Positions 21,409 through 31,868 of a stretch of 64,000 nt of DNA are shown here, one piece after another (positions within the stretch are counted from its first letter, which is position 1; each line of letters begins with the position of its first letter). A program made the translations under genes and the position numbers. The stretch comes from an uncultured bacterium (GTDB lineage: Bacteria > Verrucomicrobiota > Verrucomicrobiia > Limisphaerales > UBA8199). Location: NCBI GenBank assembly GCA_963749495.1, contig CAVVMW010000006.1, forward strand, positions 1,088,001 to 1,152,000, in the 5' to 3' direction. A model generated the notes under the pieces. It saw only the letters and a list, made by a program, of their open reading frames with translations. It did not search any database and was not told where the DNA came from.

Positions 21409-22044
21409 GACTTTTTCCTTGAGGTTGGTTTTGTATTCACAGAAGACTGCTTTCTCTCATTTCGTGCTGTAATTGCTGGGTGAGCAAATGCAGGCGCTTG
21501 TTCGAGATTGCAGGATCCCCTGGCGGGTTCGGGACAAATGCAAGGTCGTCCCAGACACGTCGAGCCGACCACCGCTTTTGGCTGACGCTTTCACCAGCCC
21601 AAACATCCGCAGTGCGGAGGTCTGTCGCCCGTCGCGAATAGGTCCTCCGTGCAGACCGACTCAACTTAAACTACCACCAAGGCAATTGTTGTCAAATGGA
21701 ATGTGGACAATTGTGAGTAAATTCCTCAACGCAATTGCCAACGAAGTTGATCATGTCACGAACACGCAGGCCTTTGATGCAGAATGACTTGCGACGCCAA
21801 ACGGCCCTTTTTCAACCAGGCACCACAGCCCGGGGGCAGGCAGGCGAGCGGCGGCGACGGGCTTCGAGCCTCCAGTGGCGTTGCCGCCGGTCGCCACTGC
21901 GTAACGGACTCGCCTGCCTGCCCCTGGGCTGTGCCATTTTGACCCACGAATTGTGGCTAGCCCAAGTTTCGCACTCTCAGGGCATGACCTGCATTTTTCT
22001 TCGGAAACTCGAAGACAAGGCCGCACAGGTCGGCCACACAAAAG

Positions 22045-22445
22045 TAACTCGGGCCAGGTTCAGATCATCAGACTCACCTCCTTGATATGGATGCGCGGCG
22101 AGGGCTGCGCCGGCAGACTCCAGCCCAACTGCGCCAGCAGTAACGCCTGCGCCGGTTCGGGCTGTGTAATCCGCGGCAGACGCATCATCCGCCCGTCCGC
22201 CAATTCGAACCGCACCATCCACCAGCACAATGCGCCCCAACTGGTCCAACACCGACCAGGGGGTCAAGCTGGGCGCCACCCGCGCCGCTCGCTTCTTCAG
22301 GCACACGCGCAGGCAGTAGCCCAGAAAGGCTACCAGCACCTGGGCCTCGACCCGCTCCGGCAACCGATGCCGGATCGGAGGAATCTTCACCTCGCTCTTG
22401 AGCACGCGGAAAGCCGCTTCGGCTTCGGTCAATTGCACATACGCT
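22045..22445 (-). mobile_element. IS1634-family transposase C-terminal fragment
   Basis: YVQLTEAEAAFRVLKSEVKIPPIRHRLPERVEAQVLVAFLGY. Confidence 0.75.
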
Positions 22446-23230
22446 CCCTGCCGCCGGCAGGCCAACCGCAGGAACAATATACCTGGGTCAAGCACCAGCC
22501 CGGAGAGTGCGCGCAGGTGCAGAAGTTTGCCACGGTGCGCTGGAAGAACGATGGCAACCTGATGTGGCGCTACGCCTACGGGGCCTGCCGGGCTGGGGAA
22601 AAGGACACTCCGCCAGCGGTCTTTGAGCGCCATCACCTGAAGGGGGCCAAGGAGCAAGGCTTCAGCGATGTGCTCAGCGGCCTGGATTTGCACCATCCCC
22701 CGTGCCTGGACCTCATCGCCAATCAGGCCTTTTACGCAATTGCGATGCTGGCCCACAACCTGTTGGTTAGCCTCAAAGTGCTGGATGTTCCTGATGATGC
22801 GCAGAGTTGGCGTGTCCCCACCATCATGCGGCATCTGTTGACCGTGCCGGTCAGTGTGAGTCGCCACGCCCGGTATGAAGTGGCGCGCATCTGCGTTCCG
22901 GCAGGCTGGCTGCGGTGGTGGCGGCTCTTTGTGGACAAATGGCTACCCAAGCGCAAGGTCGGCCGGCCGGTATTGGAGGTGGTGGACTCGGGCTAGCGGA
23001 AAACCTCCAGTCCAACTGCTGCAACTCGTCCGGCTGACGGGGAAGGTGGGGTGTGTTTACGCGCCGTCCCGCAAGCGGGCGGACTTGTCAATCGCGTCGC
23101 TCCGCAACCAAGACTGCCTTTGGGAGGCATAAGGAAGCGTAGTCCCGGCGTCTTTCGCTTCGAGATTACCCGGCTTGCCCGGCACCTTCGTCCCCGCACG
23201 AAGTGCCGCGGCCTTGGCTAAGGATTCAGG
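22445..23230 (+). mobile_element. IS1380-family transposase C-terminal fragment (stop 22996) and right end
   Basis: HHLKGAKEQGFS..LDLHHPPC..ANQAFYAIAMLAHNL..SRHAR; ends ..aggattcagg near 23230. Confidence 0.7.
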
Positions 23231-23291
23231 TGTGTCGGCGCGCCGTGCCTTTGCGCTTGTCGGGCGGAGGCTCGTTTGATAGTAGTATTCC

Positions 23292-24395
23292 ATGTGTCTG
23301 AGGTTGCGCGTGGTGGCCAAGTGGGTCTCTCTTGCGGTCATCATTCTGGCGAGCATCGAAGCGGCTTGCCAGGTGGCTTACCGCGTACGCGGCGGCGGGT
23401 GGTATTCTGCGGCTCGCCGCGCCTCCATGCACGGAATGGTCGAGTTGCACCCCTATTTTGGGGAGTGCCTCCTTCCAAGCATCTCCGGGCACCGCAACGG
23501 CGTCCGGTTCACCCATAACTCCTTTGGATGTCGCGGACCCGAATTTGCGCGCCCGAAACCACCGACTGGCCGGGTTCGGATAGTGGCGCTCGGGGGGTCT
23601 TCGACATACTGCGTCGGCGTCTCGGACGATGAGACCTGGGAGTTCTTCCTCAGCAGGCAATTGGGGACCAAGTACGAGGTGATTAACATGGGCGTGCCGG
23701 GGTACGCCAGCTCAGAAGCGCTGACGCAGACTGCTTTGCTTTTCTCTGACATCCAGCCGGATATTGCGGTCTATTACCTGGGCTGGAACGATGCACAGCT
23801 CCAGCACGTGCGCAACCTCTCGCCCGATTGGTCGGATTCACACGGCAAGTGGCTCATGGCCTTCGGGCTGAGTGGCCGCTTTTTCGAGGAGCGCACCGCG
23901 GCAGGTTACTGCACCAAGAGGCTGATCTTCCGCCTCGCCTTCCCTGGGATGGACGGGAATGCGGTTAAGCAGAAGAGCCTTAGGGGCACGCCGGATACCC
24001 TCACGGATCGCATCGACCAGCGCGCGCTGGGCCTTTACGAGCGCAACCTCTCACTGATCGCCGCGCTCTGCCGGAAGCAGGGCGTGCGGGCGGTTTTCGT
24101 CCCGCAGCTGCTCAACTACGAGGCTCTCACGTCGGAAAAGCCTTACGGATGGCTCCCGTTCGTTCGCGACCGCGATCTGAAGAAGGTGATGAGCGCGTAT
24201 AATGAGAGCATGGCCAAGGTCGCCATGCAGGAAAGCGTGGAGTTTGCCCGCGGGATACTCGGCTTGAGGTGGGTGGCCTCTGACTTCATTGACCAAGGAC
24301 ATCTCTCCCGCGCCGGGAACCAGCGTTTCGCCCGGGCACTCGCGGCCTGTCTCACCAGCACTACCGCACTCGCCCCCCAAGCCCCAGCCCCATGA
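23292..24395 (+). CDS. SGNH/GDSL hydrolase family protein
   Basis: N-terminal TM, VALGGSST, INMGVPGY, LGWND, FIDQGHLS. Confidence 0.85.
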   Translation: MCLRLRVVAKWVSLAVIILASIEAACQVAYRVRGGGWYSAARRASMHGMVELHPYFGECLLPSISGHRNGVRFTHNSFGCRGPEFARPKPPTGRVRIVALGGSSTYCVGVSDDETWEFFLSRQLGTKYEVINMGVPGYASSEALTQTALLFSDIQPDIAVYYLGWNDAQLQHVRNLSPDWSDSHGKWLMAFGLSGRFFEERTAAGYCTKRLIFRLAFPGMDGNAVKQKSLRGTPDTLTDRIDQRALGLYERNLSLIAALCRKQGVRAVFVPQLLNYEALTSEKPYGWLPFVRDRDLKKVMSAYNESMAKVAMQESVEFARGILGLRWVASDFIDQGHLSRAGNQRFARALAACLTSTTALAPQAPAP

Positions 24396-25015
24396 GCGCC
24401 CCAGTGAACATCCTCGGCATCTCGGCATTTTATCACGACAGCGCGGCATGCCTCGTTCGGGACGGCGCGGTGGTGGCGGCGGCCCAGGAGGAGCGTTTCA
24501 CGCGCAAGAAACACGATGCCGCCTTTCCGCGCCAGGCGGTCGCCTACTGCCTGCGCGAGGCGGGCATTGGCGCCGGCGGCCTCGACGTGGTGGCGTTTTA
24601 CGAGAAGCCGTTTCTCAAGTTCGACCGCATCCTGCACACCTACCTGGCCTACGCGCCCGCCGGGCTGCGCTCGTTCCTGATGGTCATCCCGCTCTGGATC
24701 CGCGAACGCATCTGGATGAAGGACCTCATCCGCAAGGAACTCGCTTACGAGGGCCATCTCATCTTCGCCGAACACCACGAGTCCCACGCCGCCGCCGCCT
24801 TTTTCCCCTCCCCGTTTGCCGAGGCGGCGTTCCTGACCGTGGACGGCGTCGGGGAATGGACCACGACCAGCTTCGGCGTGGGCAACGGCAACCGGGTGGA
24901 GATACGGGGTGAATTGCAGTTTCCGCATTCCCTGGGGCTGCTTTACTCGGCCTTCACCTACTTTACGGGGTTCAAGGTCAACTCGGGCGAATACAAACTC
25001 ATGGGCCTGGCCCCT
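24392..25015 (+). pseudogene. NodU/CmcH-type O-carbamoyltransferase, N-terminal third only
   Basis: ILGISAFYHDSAA, AQEERFTRKKH, EHHESHAA, DGVGE, GEYKLMGLAP, then an abrupt switch. Confidence 0.88.
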
Positions 25016-25281
25016 TTGGTGGCGTTTGGCCTGGTCCTGCCCAAGGCCCTCAAGCCGGTCTATGTTGGCTGGATGGCCCTGGCACTGGCTCTGGGCTTTG
25101 TCGTCTCGCACGTGATTCTGACCGCGTTTTTCTTCCTGGTGATCATTCCGATCGGCCTGGCCGCGCGGCCCTGGGCAAGGACTTCCTGCGCCTCAAGCTC
25201 GACCGCCGCGCCCCCAGCTACTGGATGTCCCGCCCGCAACCCGGCCCCAAAACTCCGAAGGAATATGAGCGGCAGTTCTAA
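25016..25281 (+). pseudogene. SxtJ-family membrane protein, C-terminal part fused to the carbamoyltransferase remnant
   Basis: PKALKPVYVGWMALALALGFVVSHVIL..PIGL, then shifted GKDFLRLKLDRRAPSYW..EYERQF*. Confidence 0.72.
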
Positions 25282-25303
25282 ATCGAACGACCCAACATTG
25301 GCA

Positions 25304-25384
25304 CCTTTGTCGCAGCCTTTGTCGCAACCTTCGTCGAGAAATGGCGCATTCGACAAAGGCCGCGACAAAGGCTGCGACAAAGGT
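25304..25384. repeat. 12-nt tandem/inverted repeat (ctttgtcgcagc .. cgacaaagg)
   Basis: Three direct units facing three inverted units; second copy at 37314-37394. Confidence 0.75.
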
Positions 25385-25397
25385 CCGCCCGCCCCCT

Positions 25398-26591
25398 ATG
25401 CCTGACGCGCCTTTAACCGTCGCCTGGCTCTCAGATTATCCGGTGGAATGGCTGCCGGATGTGCCGGAGCCGTTGAGGGCCTCACCGCGCCGGCACGGGG
25501 CAACCTGGCAGATGGTCCTGCTATCGGAGTTCCAGAAAGACCCGGCCCTGCGCATTGAAGTAATCGTCTTGCGGCACCGGATCGAGCGGTCCTTTTGCTT
25601 CGAGCGCAACGGGACGGTGTTTCATGTTCTGAAAGCCCCGCCGTGGCTGCGGGCCAGCTCGCTCTTTTGGGTCAACACGCTGCTCATTCGGACGGTGTGC
25701 CGGCGCATCCGGCCGGACCTGGTCCATGCCTGGGGCATGGAAAAGGGCGCGCCGCTCGTGGCCCATCGCCTGGGCCTGCCGTATGTCATGACGGTCCAGG
25801 GCCTTTTCGCCTGGTACAAAGAGCGGGTGCCCATGGCGCGCTATGAGCGGTTCATCGAGCGGCTGGAGCGCGCCTGCTTCCGGCGGGCGCCCGTGGTCAC
25901 TACCGAATCCACCTATGCCGTGCAGTACCTCCGGGCGCGCTATCCGCAAATGCGCATTCAACAGGCCGAGCACGCGCCCAACCCGGCCTTCTTCCGCGTG
26001 CAGCGACGGCCACAGATCCAGCCCTTGCGTCTCATCTCGGTCGGCACGCTGGGCCTGCGCAAGGGCACCGATTTGCTTTTCCAGGCCCTGGACCGCCTGC
26101 GGGCCGAGCTGCCCTTCCAGTTGCGCCTCATCTGCAGCGGCAACGTGGAGTATCTCGATTCCCTCAAGCCGATGGTCTCCCCCGCCCTCTGGGAGCAGGT
26201 CAACGTCGAGCACCTCCTCCTGCCCGACCAGGTCGCCCAGGCACTCGAAACCCCCGTCCTGCTCCTCCTGCCTACCCGCGCCGATGTCAGTCCCAATGCC
26301 GTCAAGGAAGCCGTCGTCGCTGGCCTCCCGGTGGTCGCGGCCCAAACCGGCGGCATCCCGGACTACGTGACCCCAGGCAGCAACGGCCTCTTGTTCCCTC
26401 CCGGCGATCTCCAGGCATTCATCCAGGCCATCCGCGCGGCTGTCGCCCACCCGCTCTTCGGCAAAGGCCAGGTGGAACCCGAAACCCTTGCCCGCGCCCG
26501 CAGCTATCTCTCGCCGGAGCTGATGGCCAGGAACTTCCGAAGGGCATATGAAGCCGCCAGAGAAGGCAGAAGTGGCAGACAAAGATCCTGA
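25398..26591 (+). CDS. GT4 family glycosyltransferase
   Basis: PDLVHAWG, VGTLGLRKG, PNAVKEAVVAGLPVVA..GGIPD. Confidence 0.9.
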   Translation: MPDAPLTVAWLSDYPVEWLPDVPEPLRASPRRHGATWQMVLLSEFQKDPALRIEVIVLRHRIERSFCFERNGTVFHVLKAPPWLRASSLFWVNTLLIRTVCRRIRPDLVHAWGMEKGAPLVAHRLGLPYVMTVQGLFAWYKERVPMARYERFIERLERACFRRAPVVTTESTYAVQYLRARYPQMRIQQAEHAPNPAFFRVQRRPQIQPLRLISVGTLGLRKGTDLLFQALDRLRAELPFQLRLICSGNVEYLDSLKPMVSPALWEQVNVEHLLLPDQVAQALETPVLLLLPTRADVSPNAVKEAVVAGLPVVAAQTGGIPDYVTPGSNGLLFPPGDLQAFIQAIRAAVAHPLFGKGQVEPETLARARSYLSPELMARNFRRAYEAAREGRSGRQRS

Positions 26592-26610
26592 TCGTCAGAG
26601 CCGTCCAGCA

Positions 26611-26824
26611 CGCGCGTCGCGTAGCGACGCAGTGAAGGTAGCCGTGGACCTCGGTCCACGGTTTGCGGCCTTGGAAGAATCGCGCGTCGCGTAGCGACGC
26701 CTGAAGGCTTCGCGATGGCAGATGAAATCCTGTTTTCAGGCGTCGCTACGCGACGCGGGTGGTCCTCAGGCGGGGGTCCGTGGACTGAAGTCCACGGCTA
26801 CCATCAGGCACCGCTACGCGGTGA
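26611..26824. repeat. REP doublet, family A (single copy, inverted relative to the 37.5 kb array)
   Basis: GGTAGCCGTGGACCTCGGTCCACGG..CGTCGCGTAGCGACG..CCGTGGACTGAAGTCCACGGCTAC. Confidence 0.85.
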
Positions 26825-26829
26825 CTGAA

Positions 26830-27255
26830 GATCTTCATCCCGAGCCCAGATCTACGGCTTTCACCAGCAGGCTCACATACCCTGTCCACGTGCTCGGTGC
26901 TCATCCAGGGCGAGAGGGGCAGGTTGATCACCTCGGAGCTAAGACGGTAGGTGACTGGAAACTGCTCGCGGTCCAGGTGCGGGGGGAAGGTCCACAGCGA
27001 GATCGTATAGATGCCCTGCTGCCAGACGACCGAGCAGGTGAATGCCGGGCCGATGACGTTGTCCCGGTTTTGGATGGCAGCCCTCAACGCCCAACAAATG
27101 CCTGCCCTGGCCGACGGCAGCCACACCGCCCACGCCCCCCCGCTCGCCTCCGTGTAGGCCGCCTCCAGCCCCCTCAGGCTGCGGCCTTCGGTCGCGCCCA
27201 GGGACGCCCCCAGGACCCTCCCCAGGCACAACGCAGGGCGATGAAGGGGAATCAT
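26830..27255 (-). pseudogene. DegT-family aminotransferase collapsed by an internal deletion
   Basis: N-terminal LPSARAGICWAL..VIGPAFTCSVV joined to C-terminal QQGI..FPVTYRLSSEVINLPLSP. Confidence 0.65.
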
Positions 27256-28517
27256 AGGTCGGACCGGTCAGACTGGTCGGACTTGTCAGACCGGTCGGAC
27301 GGGTGGGCGTTGATCGGCGGTTTATTGGCCGCCAGGCGGCGTTGGTACTCGACCAGCAGCCGGTCCCCATAATCCTGCCAGGTGTTTTGGACCGAGCCCT
27401 TGCGCCAGGCGGCTTCGCCCATTCGGCGGTTCAGCTCCGGGTCGGTCGCCAGCCGGAGCATTGCCCGCGCAATATCCTGCGGGTCCCGGCCACGGACGAT
27501 GAGGCCCTCGACACCGTCTTGGACCAGGGTTGTGGCCCCGCCCTGGTGGGTGCCGATCAAGGGCAGGCCGGAGGCCAGGGCCTCGACTTGGGCTCGCGAA
27601 ATGCCCTCTTCCTGGGACGGGAAGACAAAGGCGGTGCAGGTGCGCAGCAGCGGCGCCAGCTCCGCACGGGTGAGCCGCGGATGATGGGTAAAGCTGCCTT
27701 CCCATTTGGGGCGCTCGCGGCGAAAGTCGCATTTGTAGTCTCCCACGCAAACCAGTTCGGCCTGCGGCAGGCGTTTCTTGACGATTTGGAAGGCGCGGAA
27801 CAGGTATTGGTGGCCTTTGCGCAAGCAAATCGTGCCGACGTTCATAAACCGCGGCTTGTCCGGCAGGGTGGTCCGTTTCTGAAACACGGCCCGGTCCACC
27901 CCCATTGGGTTAACCAGCACCTTCCCGGCGGGGATGCCGTTGAGTTCCATCGATTCCTTGCAGAACTTGGACTGCACGATGACGAGGTCCGCCCTTTCAA
28001 TCTCCCGGTTCATGCGGGCGAACATCCACCTGGGGATGGGGACCTTTTCCCCCGGGCACCACAGGTCACACTCGCGCTGCCAGAAACCGAAGTAGGTCGT
28101 GGGATGGCTATTGGGACAATCGACAACCTTCAGGGCGCCGACCCGTTCGGCGCCGTCAAAGAGTTCGCTGGCGAAGCCGACGATGCCCTGGGCGGCCTGG
28201 AATTGGGGGCAGCGGGCGGAGCGCAAGCCGGCCCGCAACCAGGTCCGCCAGAAACCAATGAGCCAATACGTCGCGCGTTCCTGCCAGATCTGGGGCGTGA
28301 AGTGGTAAAAGGGCTTCATCGCCAGGTGGTAGGGCCAGCAGCGCCGATACTCCGCCTGCGGGGCTCCAAGCCGGTTGCGGTCCGCCATCCAAAGGCCCGC
28401 CAGGGCTTGCCTCGCCGAAAAGGCCAGGGCGGTCCGCTCCAGATGCCAGGAGCGAGTCGTCGTCAACAGCACTCGCATGCGCCGCCCAGTCTGGAGCAGC
28501 GCACCCGGCTCGCTCAA
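27252..28517 (-). CDS. GT4 family glycosyltransferase
   Basis: VGTICLRKG, FVFPSQEEG..EALASGLPLI. Confidence 0.9.
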   Translation of the reverse strand: MSEPGALLQTGRRMRVLLTTTRSWHLERTALAFSARQALAGLWMADRNRLGAPQAEYRRCWPYHLAMKPFYHFTPQIWQERATYWLIGFWRTWLRAGLRSARCPQFQAAQGIVGFASELFDGAERVGALKVVDCPNSHPTTYFGFWQRECDLWCPGEKVPIPRWMFARMNREIERADLVIVQSKFCKESMELNGIPAGKVLVNPMGVDRAVFQKRTTLPDKPRFMNVGTICLRKGHQYLFRAFQIVKKRLPQAELVCVGDYKCDFRRERPKWEGSFTHHPRLTRAELAPLLRTCTAFVFPSQEEGISRAQVEALASGLPLIGTHQGGATTLVQDGVEGLIVRGRDPQDIARAMLRLATDPELNRRMGEAAWRKGSVQNTWQDYGDRLLVEYQRRLAANKPPINAHPSDRSDKSDQSDRSDL

Positions 28518-28649
28518 GGCATTTCAATAGTTGAATTGCGGCTGGCCGCTGCTGCGTAAAACATAGCCGGTGCGTTCGAGGTACCAAGCGTAGTCGTTGC
28601 GTCCTGCGGCATCGAATGAAACCCACTGCGAGCTGATGTCCCATCCGGG

Positions 28650-29075
28650 CACGACAGTTTGCCGACCGGCACCGGCAGCCTTCTCCACGCCGAGTATGCC
28701 GACAGTCTGGTCGCCGCCGCCACGACATGGTCCTCCTTTACGAACGTGACCCTGAGCAGCGGGACGCAACTCTGCTTTGACCTTTCCCAGCCGCTGCCCG
28801 CGCAACGGTTTTACCGCGCCTGGCAGACAAACGGGCCGCAGCCCGCCCTGGACATGAGCATGGCCGCGGAGATTCCGCTGACCGGGACGGTCGGGAGTTC
28901 GGTGCAGATTGATTATATCAATGTCTATGGCCCGACTAACGCCTGGGTGACGCTCTTAGGGATCGTGACGCTGGTCAGGCTGGTGCCTAAAAACGCATTG
29001 GTCCCGATGCTGGTGACAGGCAGTCCGCCGATAGTGCTGGGGATCGTCACCGCACCTCCGCCAGGTCCGCCGCCG
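28650..29075. pseudogene. Surface-protein fragments: + strand C-terminal module and - strand BspA-type LRR fragment
   Basis: + EYADSL..W..FD..QRFYRA; - GAVTIPSTIGGLPVTSIGTNAFLGTSLTSVTIPKSVT. Confidence 0.6.
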
Positions 29076-29539
29076 TCCCGAGGCGGGGGACCCCCAGGAC
29101 CACCCGGCCCGCCGCAACCGGGCCTGCGCTTGGGCGGCATCGCCGTCTCGTCGTCAATTTGCAACGGATTCGGCCTTCTGGAGCGTGGTCAATTTCATCA
29201 GCGGGCTGCCAATAAAACAGTCCGCTCCCTTCGAGGTCGTTCCAATCCACTTCTACACCACGCTCTCCGACGAGCAGTTTGCCATACTCGCGGAAAGCCT
29301 GTTCGAGCAAGCGGTCGTCCAAGGGACAGGCAGCGTGACTGACAAGGCCGATAACGCGCAGGCTGCCTCGGAGTGCCCGAAGCTCGCGATGGATTGCAAC
29401 CTTCCGGGACGAAACTGGGAGGCAGGCGTGGAGAACCACGGGCCTGCGCCACAAAAGGAAAGCGCTGGCGCTGGCCAGGGAATGGGAGCGTGAGGCCAAG
29501 AAGCGGGCGGCTCAAGCTCCCCTGCCGCGCAAGCCGACA

Positions 29540-29860
29540 ATGCGGGTGCGCCCAGGCAGCGGCGAACGGGAGCTTGGCCTTTTGACCCAAAAGGAAGTCG
29601 CCGCCATTTTACGCATTTCAGAACGTGCAGTCCGCCAAATCGAAATCAGAGCCCTTCAGAAACTGCGGCTTCACCCGACTCTCAGGGCTTTCTGGCGCGA
29701 GTGGGAGACAGGCGAAATCGAAGAAGCGGCGTTTCGGGGTTCAGGCCAGTGGGCATTGAGCCGGGCCGAAATCGCCGCCGTTTACGCTTTGGCACGGACA
29801 CCCGAAGAGCGCCAAGCACTGAGGAAGCTGTTCGCTTTGACGCAGGGCACCGGGCCATAA
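29540..29860 (+). CDS. Sigma-70 region 4-like HTH protein (possibly the 3' part of a broken gene with 29185..29493)
   Basis: LTQKEVAAILRISERAVRQIEIRALQKLR. Confidence 0.6.
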   Translation: MRVRPGSGERELGLLTQKEVAAILRISERAVRQIEIRALQKLRLHPTLRAFWREWETGEIEEAAFRGSGQWALSRAEIAAVYALARTPEERQALRKLFALTQGTGP

Positions 29861-29948
29861 AACTCGACTGGCAGGCCGGATTAAGCGCGTTCTAACGCCC
29901 CGGCCAAACTGACGGCGCAGTCTGCACCAATTCCGGTTCGCTCCTGGT

Positions 29949-31070
29949 TTGTGTCAGATTTGCTGGCTTGTGCAAGCAGCCGTCCAATCGTCCGTGCTCA
30001 CGAGCACCAGCAACCTCATCCCTCCGGCTGGTGCGTCCCCGCTTAAAGCAGCACAACAGGGCCTCGTGGCCAACTGCCCCGCTACGGGCAGTGACGTGCC
30101 TTGGCGCTGCCTCTCGGACTACTTCGCTCAGCACCACCGGATGTTCGAGGAGACTGAACTTGCCGCGCTCCTCGAACCTCGCCGGATTTTGGCCCCGCCC
30201 GGCTACCATTCGACCAAATGCGTCAGCGCCGGGCTGTTTGCGCTCTTGCGGAACCGGGCCTTGAGGGAGGCTACGGGACTCCCGCAGGTTCCCACCGAGG
30301 TCGCCGCCCACGTCATCGCCTACCAGGTCATCCGGCATCGTGTCCCGGTCTATTTCATCGACGAGGCGTTTGTCCGCGCCGTGGCGGCAACCGACCTGCC
30401 GCACGACTTCACCCTGGACGACCTCCACTGGCCGATGCCCGCGATGGTGGTGCGGTTCCCGGCGCGGTTCATGCAGGAATACCTCGGGCGGGATGTCTGC
30501 TATGTTTACGCCGCCAACTGCGATGCCGGGGACTACTCAGCGCCCGCACTGCCGGGCTGCCCGGCCATCACCGTCCCCAAGTCCAAGGTCGCCTGGCAGT
30601 TCTACTCGTGGCAGAACGGCAACCTGGAGAGCTTCGTGTCGTCCTATTTCCGGCAGGACCGGGTGGACGAGACCATCCAGAATTACTGCTACACGGACTA
30701 CACCGGTATCAAGGACGAGGCAGGCATTGCGTCGGACAAGGAAATCACCGACCGGCTCTCGGCGCTGATGCTCAAACTGCTCGTGATCCTGAACACACGC
30801 CCGCAGTTGGTCGAATCGGGCCGGTGCGTTCGCCCACAAAAGATAAAGCACGGGCGCGTGAAGCACTGTGAGTTGTGGTCGCCAAACCTAATTGGCAGGT
30901 GTTACCGGACAATCCGCGAAGGCCCAGGCGGCGGCACCCACGCCAGCCCACGTGTCCATTGGCGTCGAGGCCATGTGCGCAGCCAGCCGCACGGGCCGCA
31001 CTGGTCGCTTCGCAAGCCCGTATGGGTCGAACCGGTCCTGGTGGGGCTTCAGGCCGGGGCGGGCGGCTGA
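29949..31070 (+). CDS. Hypothetical protein of phage/plasmid type
   Basis: 373 aa ORF with GC3 bias; C-terminal HASPRVHWRRGHVR..WVEPVLV motif that I associate with mobile-element proteins; start uncertain. Confidence 0.6.
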   Translation: MCQICWLVQAAVQSSVLTSTSNLIPPAGASPLKAAQQGLVANCPATGSDVPWRCLSDYFAQHHRMFEETELAALLEPRRILAPPGYHSTKCVSAGLFALLRNRALREATGLPQVPTEVAAHVIAYQVIRHRVPVYFIDEAFVRAVAATDLPHDFTLDDLHWPMPAMVVRFPARFMQEYLGRDVCYVYAANCDAGDYSAPALPGCPAITVPKSKVAWQFYSWQNGNLESFVSSYFRQDRVDETIQNYCYTDYTGIKDEAGIASDKEITDRLSALMLKLLVILNTRPQLVESGRCVRPQKIKHGRVKHCELWSPNLIGRCYRTIREGPGGGTHASPRVHWRRGHVRSQPHGPHWSLRKPVWVEPVLVGLQAGAGG

Positions 31071-31085
31071 GAAAGGCCAGCGAGT

Positions 31086-31868
31086 ATGACGCCGGAACAA
31101 CGCGCACTGGCGGACGCCGTAGCGGCAGAGCTGAAGCTCGCGGCGGCTCCTGGTTTCGAGCAGCACTGGGCGCGAGTTTTCGACCTGCCGGATGGCGGGA
31201 GGTTGTTCTACCACCTCCAGCTCAGCAAGCACCTGACACGGGCGCGCTTCGAGGTCCGGCAGATCGAGCGCGAGGACAATCACGCCGACGTTTGGGTGCT
31301 GAAGGTCCGCAGGGGCAAGGTGCCGGTTGGCCGTGAAATCGAATGGACCCAGAAGCAGGTCTGCCCCGTGCATGGGGAAGTGGCGCGGGAGGACCTCCTC
31401 AAGGCCAAGCTTGAAGGCACCGGGCCCGTGTTGGTGCCGCGCAGCGACAACGGCAAGGTTATCGGCCTCCTGGAGGCCCTGCGGCAGAGCGTAGCGCAGG
31501 CCGACTCCAAGCCCCAGCCCAGGCCCCACCCGCAGGCGCGGAAGAACGGGCACAAGCGGATGGCTCTGCTACTCCTGATTCTCTTGATAATCCTGGCGGT
31601 CCACTTCCCGTTTTTCGGCGGGATGCTGGCCCTTTTCTGCCTGGTGGCCCTCTGCGACGCCGTCTTTCGACCGGCCCCGGCCAGCCGACGCAGGGTGTGG
31701 AAGGTGCTGATGTGGGTATTTGCGATTCCGTTCACCCTGAGCCTGTTTGCCGCCGACAGCGAGGCGGTCCCGGAGGCCGTCCTCATGTTCATGGCGCTTG
31801 GCTGCCCGGTCCTGGCGCTTATCTGCGCGTGCAAGGCGGGCATCTTCAAGGACGGACGCAAACCGTAA
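31086..31868 (+). CDS. Chimeric ORF: unknown N-terminus, Ku C-terminal tail, four TM segments
   Basis: 31392-31568 aligns with the Ku tail at 4499-4675. Confidence 0.5.
   Translation: MTPEQRALADAVAAELKLAAAPGFEQHWARVFDLPDGGRLFYHLQLSKHLTRARFEVRQIEREDNHADVWVLKVRRGKVPVGREIEWTQKQVCPVHGEVAREDLLKAKLEGTGPVLVPRSDNGKVIGLLEALRQSVAQADSKPQPRPHPQARKNGHKRMALLLLILLIILAVHFPFFGGMLALFCLVALCDAVFRPAPASRRRVWKVLMWVFAIPFTLSLFAADSEAVPEAVLMFMALGCPVLALICACKAGIFKDGRKP

Noticed and set aside
23292..25281. Saxitoxin biosynthesis cluster
   Set aside because: Only SxtI/SxtJ-like fragments in a glycosyltransferase context; no sxtA, sxtG or other core genes
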